DNA of 64,000 bases from Mobula birostris (lineage: Eukaryota): assembly GCF_030028105.1 (NCBI RefSeq), contig NC_092389.1, positions 14,185,180-14,249,179 on the forward strand, in the 5' to 3' direction. Below the pieces are notes generated by a model that saw only the letters and a list, made by a program, of their open reading frames with translations, had not been told where the DNA came from and ran no database searches. Numbering within the stretch: position 1 is the first letter of the stretch; the number at the start of each line of letters is the position of its first letter. The position numbers and the translations under genes are program-made. Shown piece after piece: positions 51,138-63,124 of this stretch.

Positions 51138-51694
51138 GGTGTATGGGGTGTCTGGGAGGGGTAGCACCTCTGGTGGGGGAATATGTTGCGTCCTTTTCAA
51201 AGCAGTTAGTCCACCTTTGGTCCCCACCTGGCACTCAGCTCTCACCTGTGGCTCCCCGTAGCTGTTTGCATGCGACAGCGGCCACACCCCAGGCAACGGC
51301 TTCGACAAGCCGGCTAAACCAGGTGAGGGTAGCCGACGAGTCTCAAACCCTCAGTGAGATAGGGAGTTGTCTATCCCAGCATGTGAAGGTAGACTCTGGT
51401 GGATTGAGCGGACGAGACCAATGGAAGGTCCAACGGTCAACAAGGCGGTCTCTGCAAGCGTCGTGGAACGTGTAGAGCAGGACAAGACACAGAAGACGTC
51501 CTGGTCATCCACTGCGCCTAGTCCCATCTCCAGCCGCCTCGACTCTGTCTTGACACTGGATCCAGATGGGAATTGGGAAGAGAGAGTGAGGCTGACGCTG
51601 CACAACTCTCCCTCACTTAAATCCAAATCACGTGCTTGCCTCGACACTATCATAATGGTGTCGAGGTCCTCATCGACATCGACGATGGACGAAC
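51138..51694 (+). mobile_element. 557-bp non-autonomous retroposon with a 5' HDV-like ribozyme fold and 3' stem-loops
   Basis: 9-bp TSD actttgttg (51129-51137 and 51695-51703) inside a CR1. No tRNA A/B boxes and no recognisable protein. 3' hairpin cctcgacacta/tggtgtcgagg at 51639-51666. Confidence 0.85.
51145..51327 (+). ncRNA. Candidate HDV-like (nested double-pseudoknot) self-cleaving ribozyme
   Basis: P1 ggggtgt 51145-51151 / acacccc 51284-51290. P2 ctcacctgt 51241-51249 / accaggtgag 51318-51327 (one bulge). P3 ggc 51250-51252 / gcc 51281-51283. L3 begins UCC. J1.1/4 aggcaa (HDV has GGGCAA). P4 cggctt-cgac-aagccg. J4/2 gCtaa with the candidate catalytic C at 51314. Confidence 0.7.
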
Positions 51695-52696
51695 ACTTTG
51701 TTGTATGCCCTATCTTTTGCTTTTATATTAGCTTTGACTTCCCTTGTCAGCCCCAGTATTGCTATCTGATTATTTCTTTGTTTTTGGAATACATCTATCC
51801 TGCACCTTCCTCATTTTCCCAAGAAGTTCATGCCATTGCTGCTCTGCTGTCATCCCTGCCAGCAGCTCCTTCCAATTTACTTTGGCCAACTCCCCTTTCA
51901 TACCACTGTAATTTCCTTTACTGAAATAACGCTACATCAGACTTTACTTTCTCCCTATCAAATTTGAGGTTGAACACAATCATATTGTAATCACTGGTTC
52001 CTATGGGTTCTTTTACCTTAAGCTTCCTAATCATCTCTGGTTCATTACATAACACCTAATCCAGTATAGCTGATCCCCTAGTAGGCTCAATGACAAACTG
52101 CTCTAAAAAGCCATCACGTAGGCATTCAACAAACTCACTCTCTTGAGATCCATTTCCAACGTAATTTTCCCAATTGACCTGCATGTTGAAATCTCCCATG
52201 ACTACCATAACATCGCCCTTTTGACATTTCTATTTCCTGTTGTAATCTGTGGACCACATCCCAGCTACTGTTGGGAGGCCTGTATATAACTGCTATCAGG
52301 ATCCTTTTACCCTTGCAGTTTCTTTACTCAACCCACAAGGATTCAGCGTCTTCTGATTTTATGTCACATCGTTCCACTGACTTAATGCCATTCTTTACCA
52401 GCAGAGCCATGTCACCATCTCTGCCTACCTTCCTAACCCTCCGATATATTTCATGTGTTGGCCCCTATTTCTTCTAAGGTGCAGAATTCTGCCAAATATA
52501 TGAAGAATTGTGTTCTTCATCTCCGTCCTAAATGTCTACAGGAGGACTAGAATTAAAAGCAAGGCTGAACTGCTGAGGCTTCATAAGGCATTGGACAGAC
52601 TGCATTTGGAATATTCCGAACAATTTTGGGCTCCCTATCTAAAGAAGGATGTACTGGCTGTGGAGAGGGTCCAGAGAAGGTTCATAAAATGATCCC

Positions 52697-53520
52697 ATGA
52701 CTGGTTCCTCAGCTTCCTAACCAGAAGACCACAATCTGTGTGGATTGGAAATAACATCTCCACTTCACTGACAATTAACACTTGCGCTCCTCAGGGGTGT
52801 GTGCTTAGCCCACTGCTCTACTCTCTATATACCCACGACTGTGTGGCTAGGCATAGCTCAAGCAACATCTAGAAATTTGCTGATGATACAACCATTGGTG
52901 GTAGAATTTCAGATGGTGATGAAAGGGAGAGATATTCCAGTTAGTTGAGTGGTATTGCAGTAACCACTTTGCACTCAATATCAGCAAGACCAAAGATCTG
53001 ATTGTGGACTCCAGGAAGGGTAAGATGAGGGGACTCACACCAGTCCTCACAGAGGGATCAGAAGTGGAGAGAGTGAGCAGTTTCAAGTTTCTGGGTGTCA
53101 ACATCTCTGAGGATCTAACCTGGCCCTAACATAGTGAAGCAGCTAGAAACAAGGCAAGCCAGTGGCTATATTTCATTGGAAGTTTGAGGAGATTTGGTTT
53201 GTCAACTAAAACACTCAAAAACTTCTACAAATGTACTGTGGAGAGTGTTCTGACTGGCAGCATCACAATCTGGTATGGGGGTTGCCGGCTGGGGCTTACT
53301 GCACAAGATCGAAATAAGTTGCATAATCTTGTAAAGTTAGTCAGCTCCATCATGGGTACTAGCCTCTGTAGTACCCAAGACATCTTCAAGGAGTGATGCC
53401 ATAGGAAGGCAGCGCCCATCACCGTTACTGCCTGAAGGCACACACTCAGCGATTCAGGAACAGAAGTTAACAAATTTCATGACATATGCCGGTGATATTA
53501 AATCTGATTCTAATTCTGAT
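52697..53520 (+). mobile_element. Rex1/L2-like LINE RT 3' fragment (related decayed copies at ~5980-6455, ~7490-8335, ~18585-19050, ~22655-23600 and ~46110-46630)
   Basis: [23 protein letters not shown] and FYKCTVESVLTG motifs, with a tctgat-type tail. Confidence 0.75.
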
Positions 53521-55248
53521 ATAAGGACTGTTTGATATCTCTTCCTACTTGTAAACTGCAGTAAATGAGTGCCCACCTAACACGATCTCTCCTCAGATGA
53601 CAGTCCCGCAATCTGAGGACTCAGTCTGGTGAACCCTTTCTACATACTATGTAAGGAGACTAAGAGAGCACACAATATCCCTAGGCACTTTACGATTATA
53701 GCAAGGCAGTCATTCTGTACTCACCCTCTTGCAATGAAGGCCTACATCTCATTTCCATATTAATTTCAGTGATAGGAAGGATTAGTTAAGTGCAAGTGCT
53801 TTCTTCCAAGCCAATAGACCCAGCACTGATGCCCCAGCTGTGTTAGGGAAACCACATCGCTTGTGTACACAAGATTCCCATTTCCATTTTGAACTTAGTC
53901 ACTGGAAGATGTTTCCAGATTGGCAAAGGAAAAGTCTCAACTTACTGCTTCAGCATCTCCTTGAAAAATTGCAGCATCCCCTCTGACCCTTGGGAATCTC
54001 TGTCCCAGGACCACTCAAAGTGGAGAGGGAACACCTGGGATGGTAATGAGAACCGCAAGTCCATGCAGTGGGAGCCCATGGTATTCCAGTCTAAACCACC
54101 TTACAAGTTACCCACCTCCCTCCCCGGTCAGGCAGCTGTGGAGAGTTTATGGTTCCGATGACAGCCTCATCAGTCATCTCAGAACCATAAAGCTGGAGTG
54201 GAAGTAGGCCATCCTCGATTCTGAGGGCCTGACTAAAAAGGGTGAAGTTTGTGGCTGAGGGTGTCAACAAAGCTGGAGTAACAGAAGACATGACAAGCAT
54301 TAAACTGGAGCACTCACAGTGGAAATACTATTATATATTTTTATAAGCAAAGTTAATTCCATTAGTTGCATTTTGGCTCGTTTCCCTGTCTGCTGCTCCT
54401 TTTCCTGAATATTTGTTGTTCCATAATCAGCCATGATATTTGACTCTCCCTGAATTAGATTCCTCTCTGTCATTCATTTCTGGTAAAATTTAAAGCACCA
54501 CCAACCTCCATGCTCTCTAAACCCTTTTTGTTATAGCCTGTAACTCACTTTCAGTATTTTGATAAATATACACCATTCAAATCAACATAGTTTCTCATCT
54601 GCCACTCTGCGTCTTGAATCTGGTGGTCACCGCTTCATGTTTCTTTCTGGCCTGGTCTGACACGACACAACTGTGCTATGACAGGAAATGTCACTGCGCC
54701 AGCTGACTGATGGAATCCTCCCAGTTCTGCTGAACATTTCCTCCTATGCATTCAAGGGTAAACATTTTGCAACTAATGAGTCTCCGGCACTGCCCAACTC
54801 CACAAGAAAAAGATCAAATGAGGTTGAAATCACAAAATGGCTCCAGCTATAAATAAAATGCCTGCTGAGTGCAGTTTTGCAAAGTTTTGTTAATCTATAA
54901 TTGGATTAGTCAAACATTGTTTTGAAAGATGCAGGATGTAAGTGAGGCCCAGATAATTTATTGATTTAAGCATTAAAAAAAATCTGAAAATCCTTGACTA
55001 GTCCAAAGCGTGGTTTTATTGCTCCATGTCTTGAAATGTACAATCCAAAAAGAAGTCATTAAACCCATCATACTTAAGCTAACTTAACTAAAATGTATTT
55101 TCTATGCTCCCTTGAATCTCTTTATATTTGTTCCTGGTATATTCTCTTTTAAATGATTTACTGTACAGTTTAAGATCTTAGAAATGTAAGGGTTTGGAAA
55201 AGAATTAATAAGGAAAATAGTAACTTTTTCCATTGGTGGGAGGAATCT

Positions 55249-58200
55249 ATAGTCATAGTCATAGTCATAGTCATAGTCATACTTTATTGATCCCGGGGGA
55301 AATTGGTTTTCGTTACAGTTGCACCATAAATAATAAATAGTAATAGAACCATAAATAGTTAAATAGTAATATGTAAATTATGCCAGTAAATTATGAAATA
55401 AGTTCAGGACCAGCCTATCGGCTCAGGGTGTCTGACCCTCCAAGGGAGGAGTTGTAAAGTTTGATGGCCACAGGCAGGAATGACTTCCTATGACGCTCTG
55501 TGTTGCATCTTGGTGGAATGAGTCTCTGGCTGAATGTACTCCTGTGCCCACCCAGTACATTATGTAGTGGATGGGAGACATTGTCCAAGATGGCATGCAA
55601 CTTGGACAGCATCCTCTTTTCAGACACCACCGTCAGAGAGTCCAGTTCCATCCCCACGACATCACTGGCCTTACGAATGAAATTGTTGATTCTGTTGGTG
55701 TCTGCTACCCTCAGCCTGCTGCCCCAGCACACAACAGCAAACATGATAGCACTGGCCACCACAGACTCGTAGAACACCCTCAGCATCGTCCGGCAGATGT
55801 TAAAGGATCTCAGTCTCCTCAGGAAACAGAGACGGCTCTGACCCTCTTGTAGACAGCCTCAGTGTTCTTAGACCAGTCCAGTTTATTGTCAATTTGTATC
55901 CCCAGGTATTTGTAATCCTCCACCATGTCCACGCTGATCCCCTGGATGGAAACAGGGGTCACCGGTACCTTAGCTTTCCTCAGGTCTACCACCAGCTCCT
56001 TAGTCTTTTTCACATTAAGCTGCAGATAATTCTGCTCACACCATGTGACAAAGTTTCCTACCGTAGCCCTGTACTCAGCCTCATCTCCCTTGCTGATGCA
56101 TCCAACTATGGCAGAGTCATCAGAAAACTTCTGAAGATGACAAGACTCTGTGCAGTAGTTGAAGTCCGAGGTGTAAATGGTGAAGAGAGAGGGAGACAAG
56201 ACAGTCCCCTGTGGAGCCCCAGTGCTGCTGATCACTCTGTCGGACACACAGTGTTGCAAGCACACGTACTGTGGTCTGCCAATCAGGTAGTCAAGAATCC
56301 ATGGCACCAGGGAAGCATCCACCTGCATCGCTGTCAGCTTCTCCCGCAGCAGAGCAGGGTGGATGGTGTTGAACGCACTGGAGAAGTCAAAAAACATGAC
56401 CCTCACAGTGCTCGCTCGCTTGTCCAGGTGGGCGTAGACACGGTTCAGCAGGTAGACGATGGCATCCTCAACTCCTAGTCGGGGCTGGTAGGTGAACTGG
56501 AGGGGATCTAAGTGTGGCCTGACCATAGGCCGGAACAGCTCCAGAACAAGTCTCTCCAGGGTCTTCATGATGTGGGAGGTCAATGCCACCGGTCTGTAGT
56601 CATTGAGGCTGCTGGGACGTGGCGTCTTCGGCACAGGGACGAGGCAGGACGTCTTCCACAGCACAGGAACCCTCCGGAGCCTCAGGCTCAGGTTGAATAC
56701 ATGGCGAAGTACTCCACATAGCTGAGGGGCACAGGCTTTGTGCACCCTGGTACTGACACCATCTGGTCCTGCAGCCTTGCTTGGGTTGAGACGTTTCAGC
56801 TGTCTTCTCACCTGTTCAGCTGTGAAGCCCACCGTGGTGGTTTCGTGTGGGGGAGGGGTATAATCATGAGAGCAGGGTGGGGGACTGTGAGGAGAGGTAG
56901 GAGGGGAGAGTGGAATATGTGTTGGTTGGGGGCTGACAACAGATGGCTCATGTGGGGGATGGGCAGCAGGGGTCACAATGTCAAATCTGTTAAAGAACAA
57001 GTTAAGTTCGTTGGCCCTGTCCACACTGCCTTCAGCTCCTCTGTTGCTAGTTTGCCAAAACCCAGTGATGGTCCTCATCCCCCTCCAGACCTCTCTCATG
57101 TTGTTCTGCTGGAGTTTCCACTCAAGCTTCCTCCTGTACCTGTCTTTAGCCTCCCTGATCCTGGCTTTCAGGTCCCTCTGTATTGCACTCAGCTCCTCCC
57201 TATTTCCATCTCTAAACGCCCTCTTTTTAGCATTCAGGATGTCCTTAATGTCCTTTGTCACCCATGGCTTTTTATTTGAATAACAAAGGACAGTTCTTGT
57301 CGGAACATTGCAGTCCACACAGAAGTTGATGTAATCAGTGATGCACTCTGTGAGCCCATCAATATCCTCTCCATGTGGCTCACAGAGTGCCTGCCAGTCT
57401 GTCACCTCAAAACAACCCTGGAGGGCCTCATAAGGCCCCTCCGACCATTTCCTCACTGTCCTCGAGGTTGCAGGTTTACTCTTCACTAGAGGCACGTAGC
57501 AGGTTTTAGATGCACCAGGTTGTGATCTGACCTTCCCAGTGGGGGGAGGGGAGAGGAGCTGTATGCATCCTTAACGTTAGCATACATCAAATCCAGAGTC
57601 CTCTCCCCTCTGGTTGTACAGCTCACATACTGCGTGAAGTTTAGCAGTGTTCTAGCCATGGTAACCTGGTTGAAGTCACCCGAGATGGTAATGAGGGCAC
57701 TCGGGTGCTGGGTTTGTAATCTGGCTATGATGGTGTAAATGATGTTACACGCCGACGTCGGGTTGGCAGAGGGAGGGATGTACACAACAACCACAATTGC
57801 ATGTGAGATTTCCCTTGGCAAATAATATGGCCGGAGTCCAACAGCAAAAAGTTCAATATCTGGGCTACAGACACGTTCCTTGATCGTAATATGACCAGGA
57901 TTGCACCATCTGTTATTTACCAGAACCGCAAGCCCCCCTCCTTTACGCTTACCGCTCTCAGTGCAATTCCGGTCAGCCTGAACGGTCTGGAAGCCCTCTA
58001 TGGAAACGTTTCGATCAGGTATGTCCTCGTGCAGCCATGTCTCAGTGAAGCACATGACACTGCTCTCCCGAACTGTTCTCTGACTCCTGACAAGCGCAGT
58101 CAGTTCGTCCATTTTATTCCCCAGCGATCTCACATTTCCCATGATGAGAGAGGGGAGACACGGCTTATAACTTCTCTTCTCCATAAGCCTCTGTTGTCTC

Positions 58201-58575
58201 GACCCGGTCCTCTTCCCTCGCCTTTTTGATCCCCCTCTGCATCCTCTGTGTGTTTTCCTCCAGATTTCAGCCGGGATGTCCGCTGCTCTGTTCACTAAAC
58301 CGGCGGGCATGAGCGCAATCAATTGGTCCCTGGAATAAACAATGTGGCCATCCTGCTGCCACGCTAACGAGACGTGTCCGAATGTAACTAATTCCAGCGC
58401 TAAAAAAACAAGTAAAACTCTCTCCACCAGCATGTTAGAGAGGGAGCAGCTTCAATGTGTTACCGTGAGAAATAAAATACAACAAATAACTAAATTAAAG
58501 TTTAAAAGTAAGAAATTACGGAGCAACTGTAACCGGCTGCATGCACGACTGGTGCATGTGCACATCAGGACGTCA
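55249..58575 (-). mobile_element. Near full-length Rex1/Babar-like LINE (APE endonuclease plus RT, about two frameshifts) with a (CTATGA)n tail
   Basis: ORFs 57486-58433 (MCFTETW, GDFN, SDH), 55819-57495 (KAAGPDG, FFDFSSAFNTI, GAPQGTVLSP, FSDD) and 55415-55786. The (atagtc)n tail starts at 55249. The element sits inside an old CR1 fragment. Confidence 0.88.
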
Positions 58576-59663
58576 GGCAGAGGACACAAACCTCAAAGGA
58601 GACCATGACGATTTTGTAGTGAATTATGGGAAGATATCCGTATTTAGAACAACACATTTTTGCTCCTCGAAAGGAGATGAAGCCAAGGAGAGTGATGTTA
58701 GATTGTCAATCTCCTGTGATCTTGCTGAATGGCGGAACAGCCTCAGCATAGGAAAAGCTGGGAATGGCTGTTCATCTGCTCAAACTGGCTCTGCCGTAAG
58801 TTCAGCGCTCATCTTTCAGCACATTGCTATTTTCCAGTATTAGCTCCATTTTTTAATTCCTCAAAATTCCAAAAATCTATCGATCTCAGTCTTGACCGAG
58901 CCTCCACAGCCGTTTGGGAGGGAATTCCGAAACTGAAGAACTTTATTCCCACCTCCTTGCTGAATGGCCGACCCTTTGTACTGAGACCATGATGTCCGGT
59001 TATGGAAGCCCCAGTCAGAGAAAACATCAATTTTGCATTCACTCTTATTCAAATCCTGTGAATATTTGAATATTTCATTCACATCCCTTTCTTCTAGACT
59101 CTAGATAGTAAATGTCCAGCCTGCTTATCTCTCAACAGTTTCTCATTCTATCTTCTTCATTGAATGTTGCCCCATGGTTACTGGAAAGGCCAAATGGGGT
59201 CAGCTATTAGAACCAATTCCTCCAGTAATTATACCTTGGCTGATTTGGCGTATTAGGCTCAAACTAAAGTCACCCTGGAATCAGATATTTGTGGGTTCAA
59301 GGCTCAATCAGGTATCACAGACAGCACAGAAACAAGGCTGCATTATCCCAGGTGTCATCATATAGACCAGAGGATACCTTGAGTCTTTCTATCATTTACA
59401 ACGGTCGAGAAGGACTTCCAGCTGCCATATTGAAAAAAGATGGAATGCCTGGACCACCTCCCAATGGGAGGCAACAAAATAAACAGGTTCGAAAAAGGAT
59501 GTAGGCAAAAGGCAGGTAACTATAAATAGTTAGTTTAACATCTGTATTTGGGAAAATGTAGTCTAGCAGATGGGGTACAATGTTGGTAAATGCAAGGTCA
59601 TCCACTTTGGAAGGAAAAATGGAAGATCAGATTATTATTTAAATGGTAAAAGATTACAGCATG

Positions 59664-60274
59664 CTGGTCTAAGAACACTGAGGCTGTCTACAAGAAGGGT
59701 CAGAGCCATCTCTATTTCCTGAGGAGACTGAGGTCCTTTAACATCTGCTGGACGATGCTGAGGATGTTCTATGAGTCTGTGGTGGCCAATGCTATCATGT
59801 TTGCTGTTGTGTGCTGGGGCAGCAAGCTGAGGGTAGCAGACACCAATAGAATCAACAAACTCATTCGTAATGCCAGTGATGTTGTGGGGCTGGAACTGGA
59901 CTCTCTGACGGTGGTGTCTGAAAAGAGGATGCTGTCTATGTTGCATGCCAACTTGGACAATGTCTCCCATCCACTACATAATGTACTGGGTGGACACAGG
60001 AGTACATTCAGCCAGAGACTCATTCCACCGAGATGCAGCACTGAGAGTCATAGGAAGTCATTCCTGCCTGTGGCCATCAAACCTTACAACTCCTCCCTTG
60101 GAGGGTCAGACACCCTGAGCTGATAGGCTGGTCCTGGACTTATTTCATAATTTACTGGCATAATTTACATATTACTATTTAACTATTTATGGTTTTATGA
60201 CTAATTATTTATGGTGCAACTGTAACGAAAACCAATTTCCCCTGGGATCAATAAAGTATGACTATGACTATGAC
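59664..60274 (+). mobile_element. 5'-truncated copy of the same Rex1/Babar-like family
   Basis: The peptide at 59755-60123 is almost identical to that at 55415-55786, and the copy ends aataaagtatgactatgactatgac. Confidence 0.9.
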
Positions 60275-60561
60275 TTGGGAGTGCTTGTGCATGAATCACA
60301 AAAGGTTGGATTGCAGGTGCAGCAGGCTATCAAGAAGGCAAATGGGATGTTGGCCTTCATTGCGAAAGATTGAATTCAAGAGCAGGGAGGTTACGCTGCA
60401 ACTGTACAGGGTACTGGAGATGTCGCATCTGGAGTACTGTGTGTAGTTCTGGTCTCCTTACTTGAGGAAGGATATACTGGCTTTGGAGGCGGTGCAGAGG
60501 AGGTTCGCCAGGTTGATTCCAGAGATGAGGGGATTAGACTGAGGAGAGATTGAGTCGCCTG

Positions 60562-61463
60562 TGTCATGGTCTGGTCTGTGAAGTCTGTATTCCGGTTCAC
60601 GGTCCGGTCCATCGACCCTTGCTCCAGGTTTTCCTGTTTACCCTGTTTCTGTCTTGTTGAGCTCTAATTGAGGCAGCTGATGCTAGTTGGGGCTGGCTGC
60701 ATAAATACCTCCAGAGACCAGGGCATGGTTGCTGGATTGTTCTTGTCCTTATTCTCTGTATCTCTTCCCCTGCCTTCTGTTTCCTCGCCTGAAGCCCTGC
60801 CTTGTCTTGCCGGTAACTCTCGCCTCGCCTAAAGTTCTCGTCTCGCCATGCTTTGCCAGAAGCCTTGCGTTGTCTTGCTGGTAACTCTCGCCTCGTCTTG
60901 CCTGCAGTCTTGTCCTGGAGCCACCCTGTACCTAGCTCCCTTCCTGTCCCTTGATTCCGCCCAGGTAAGCCAGGCCGTCTTGCCGCTACCTGTGGTTGGT
61001 TCTGTCCCCTCCTGTCCCTTGCCTCTGTCGGGTGGTGATCCATGCCCTGCCCAGGAGGAGCCTGCCTAGCCTCAAGCCTGAAGACGCCAGCCTCCTGCCT
61101 AGCCTCAAGCCGGAAGACTCCAGCCTCCTGCCTAGCCTCAAGCCGGAAGACTCCAGCCTCCTGCCTAGCCTCAAGCCGGAAGACTCCAGCCTCCTGCCTA
61201 GCCTCAAGCCGGAAGACTCCAGCCTCCTTGCCTAGTTCTGGGGTCCGAGCCAGAGGCAAGACCCAGGTGCTAGGTGCTGGGTCCTAGTCCAGTCTCTGGC
61301 TTGGAGTCCAAGCCCGGCCCATAGCTCTTTTGTCCAGTCCTGTTCCAGGTTCCTGGTTTTCCTGTCCATGTCCTTGCCCTCACCCTGTATCCTAGTCCTG
61401 TCCCTAGTACTTCAGTGTCTGTGTCTTGCACTTGGGTCTGTTCCCAGCCACCGCCCAATGACA
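60562..61463 (+). mobile_element. Solo LTR (Gypsy- or BEL-type), 902 bp
   Basis: Termini TGTCAT...ATGACA, 5-bp TSD gcctg (60557-60561 and 61464-61468), and TATA-like cataaata near 60700. Confidence 0.85.
61061..61225. repeat. 5 x 33-bp tandem repeat within the solo LTR
   Basis: Unit cctgcctagcctcaagccggaagactccagcct; four copies are identical and the first has two differences. Confidence 0.95.
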
Positions 61464-61889
61464 GCCTGGGACTGTACTCACTGGAATTCAGAAGGATGAG
61501 AGGAGATCTTATAGAAACGTATATAATTATGAACGATGTAGATAAGATAGAGGCAGGAAAGTTGTTTCCACTGATAGGTGAGACTAGAACTAGGGGTCAT
61601 AGCCTCAAGATTTGGGAGAGTAAATTTAAGGCAGAGATGAAGAGAAACTGCTTTTCTCAAAGAGTGGTGAATCTGTGGAATTCTCTGCCCAATGGAGGCT
61701 ACCCCAGTAAATATATTTAAGACAAGGTTGGGTAGATTTTTGCACAGTGGGGGAATTAAGGGTTATGGGGAAAAGGCAGGTAGATGGAGATGAGTCCGTG
61801 GCCAGATCAGCCATGAGCTTATTGAACGGGGGAGCAGGCTCGACGGGCCAGATGGCCGACTCCTGCTCCTGTTTCTTGTGTTTCTTACG

Positions 61890-62560
61890 TTCAATCGTAT
61901 TGCTGTTCGTGCAAGAGGAAAGGATAACACTGAACCGTGCCTTCCTGCCTAGATTGGGAAAGGGGTCAGAACAAAGTATGCCCGCTGCCTGGGGCAAAGG
62001 AGAGCGGTGCTGGCCAAGGTGTCTCTGTCTACCGGGGGGCTGGTGTATTTAGTGGCACCTTTAGGCAGTGAAGATGTCCCTGCGTGATCGTGAGCTGCTC
62101 ATGGGGTATGGCGGCGTGGGAAAGGTCTGATCAGCGAGGCGACTCGCTTGTGCCAGGACGGCGCGAGCAGTGACTGCACCTGAGTCTCCTCCCTCCTTCA
62201 TCTGGGACACGCGTTTCCTGCCTTTGCTTCCGCTGTCACCTGAGGTCGCGTCGATCAGGGTCGGAATGAGCCTGAGGTTTCGGAATCTGGATCCTGATCG
62301 GACCCCACACTGGATCCCTGCCCTGCTGCTCTTCCCCTTGTTGCTACTTCCAGGTGAGTCCAGGGCGCCTCAGCGGCCCGGGACCCAGAGTAAAACTTGA
62401 AGCAAACTTCCCCGGAGTGAGGAATGTGCCCATTCGCCACAGTTTCGCTTCGATTTCGGGGGCCTTTTCGCCTCATTTCCGGGGTTGCTTTCGTTTTAAA
62501 CATCCCGATTCAGTCCCAAGACACAGAGCTGAAACGTTCGTCACTCTCCTCGCCCCCCCC
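61890..62560 (+). promoter_or_regulatory. CpG-rich, TATA-less promoter and first-exon region of MPZL3
   Basis: GC and CpG content rise sharply relative to the flanks. ETS-like ttcctg/cttccg motifs lie just upstream of the ATG at 62266. Confidence 0.6.
62266..62353 (+). CDS. MPZL3: MPZL3 coding exon 1, signal peptide MSLRFRNLDPDRTPHWIPALLLFPLLLLP-G
   Basis: ggaATG start, Leu-rich leader containing LFPLL, and phase-1 donor ccag|gtgagt within a CpG-rich region. Confidence 0.8.
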
Positions 62561-63124
62561 CCCCCCCCAGCACCTCTCTTAAAACTGTCTCCACCTCGGC
62601 CCAGCACTCTTCTTCGGGATGCATCCCCCCACCCCTAGCTCGAGATATCCTCCTCGACATCAATCCAACTTCCTCCTCAACTTCTTTCTTAACCCTCCTC
62701 CTCCTACCAACCGTCCTTCTTCCCATTAGCTTCTCATCTCCCCCTTCATCCCTTCCTGTTGCCCATGTCCACCCCTCACCACTCCCCCCCCACCCCGTTC
62801 TCCCTTCCCCATTCATCCTCTTTCCAGGCCTGGCCCCATCATACCTATTCTCTTTGCCCTATCCATCCTTCCCATCCCCACCTCCTTGGCAACTTTGAAA
62901 CTAGCTTGTTTTCTCTCTCTCCCAGTTCTGTCAGTCTTTGACTTGAAACCTTGACCCCATTTCTCTCTCCACAGGTGCTACCTGGCCTGCTGAATGTTTT
63001 GCATTTTCACTTTTATAATTTAAACTGCCAGAACAATAACCTTGCTCCTGAACTCGAACTGTTTTATGCTATTGAATGTCAAGGATTTGCATAATCACAG
63101 TTTAAACAATTTCAGTTTACATTA

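Larger units (their letters stand above)
49208..52445 (-). mobile_element. Long CR1 ORF2 remnant interrupted by a 557-bp insertion
   Basis: ORFs 49432-50304 (KFADDTK), 50323-50517 and 50774-51046, with a (cttatg)-type tail at the left end. Confidence 0.9.
59550..61890 (+). mobile_element. CR1 3' portion split by a Rex1 copy and a solo LTR
   Basis: CR1 sequence resumes across both inserts (cagcatgctg...ttgggagtgcttgtgc; ttgagtcgcctg...ggactgtactcactgg). Confidence 0.8.

Noticed and set aside
60986-61287. Repetitive ORFs (e.g. RQEAGVFRLEA repeats)
   Set aside because: They are translations of the 33-bp LTR tandem repeat in several frames.
62170-62265. In-frame GTG-initiated N-terminal extension of MPZL3
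   Set aside because: It is a non-ATG start that would bury the signal peptide. The ATG at 62266 has adequate context.
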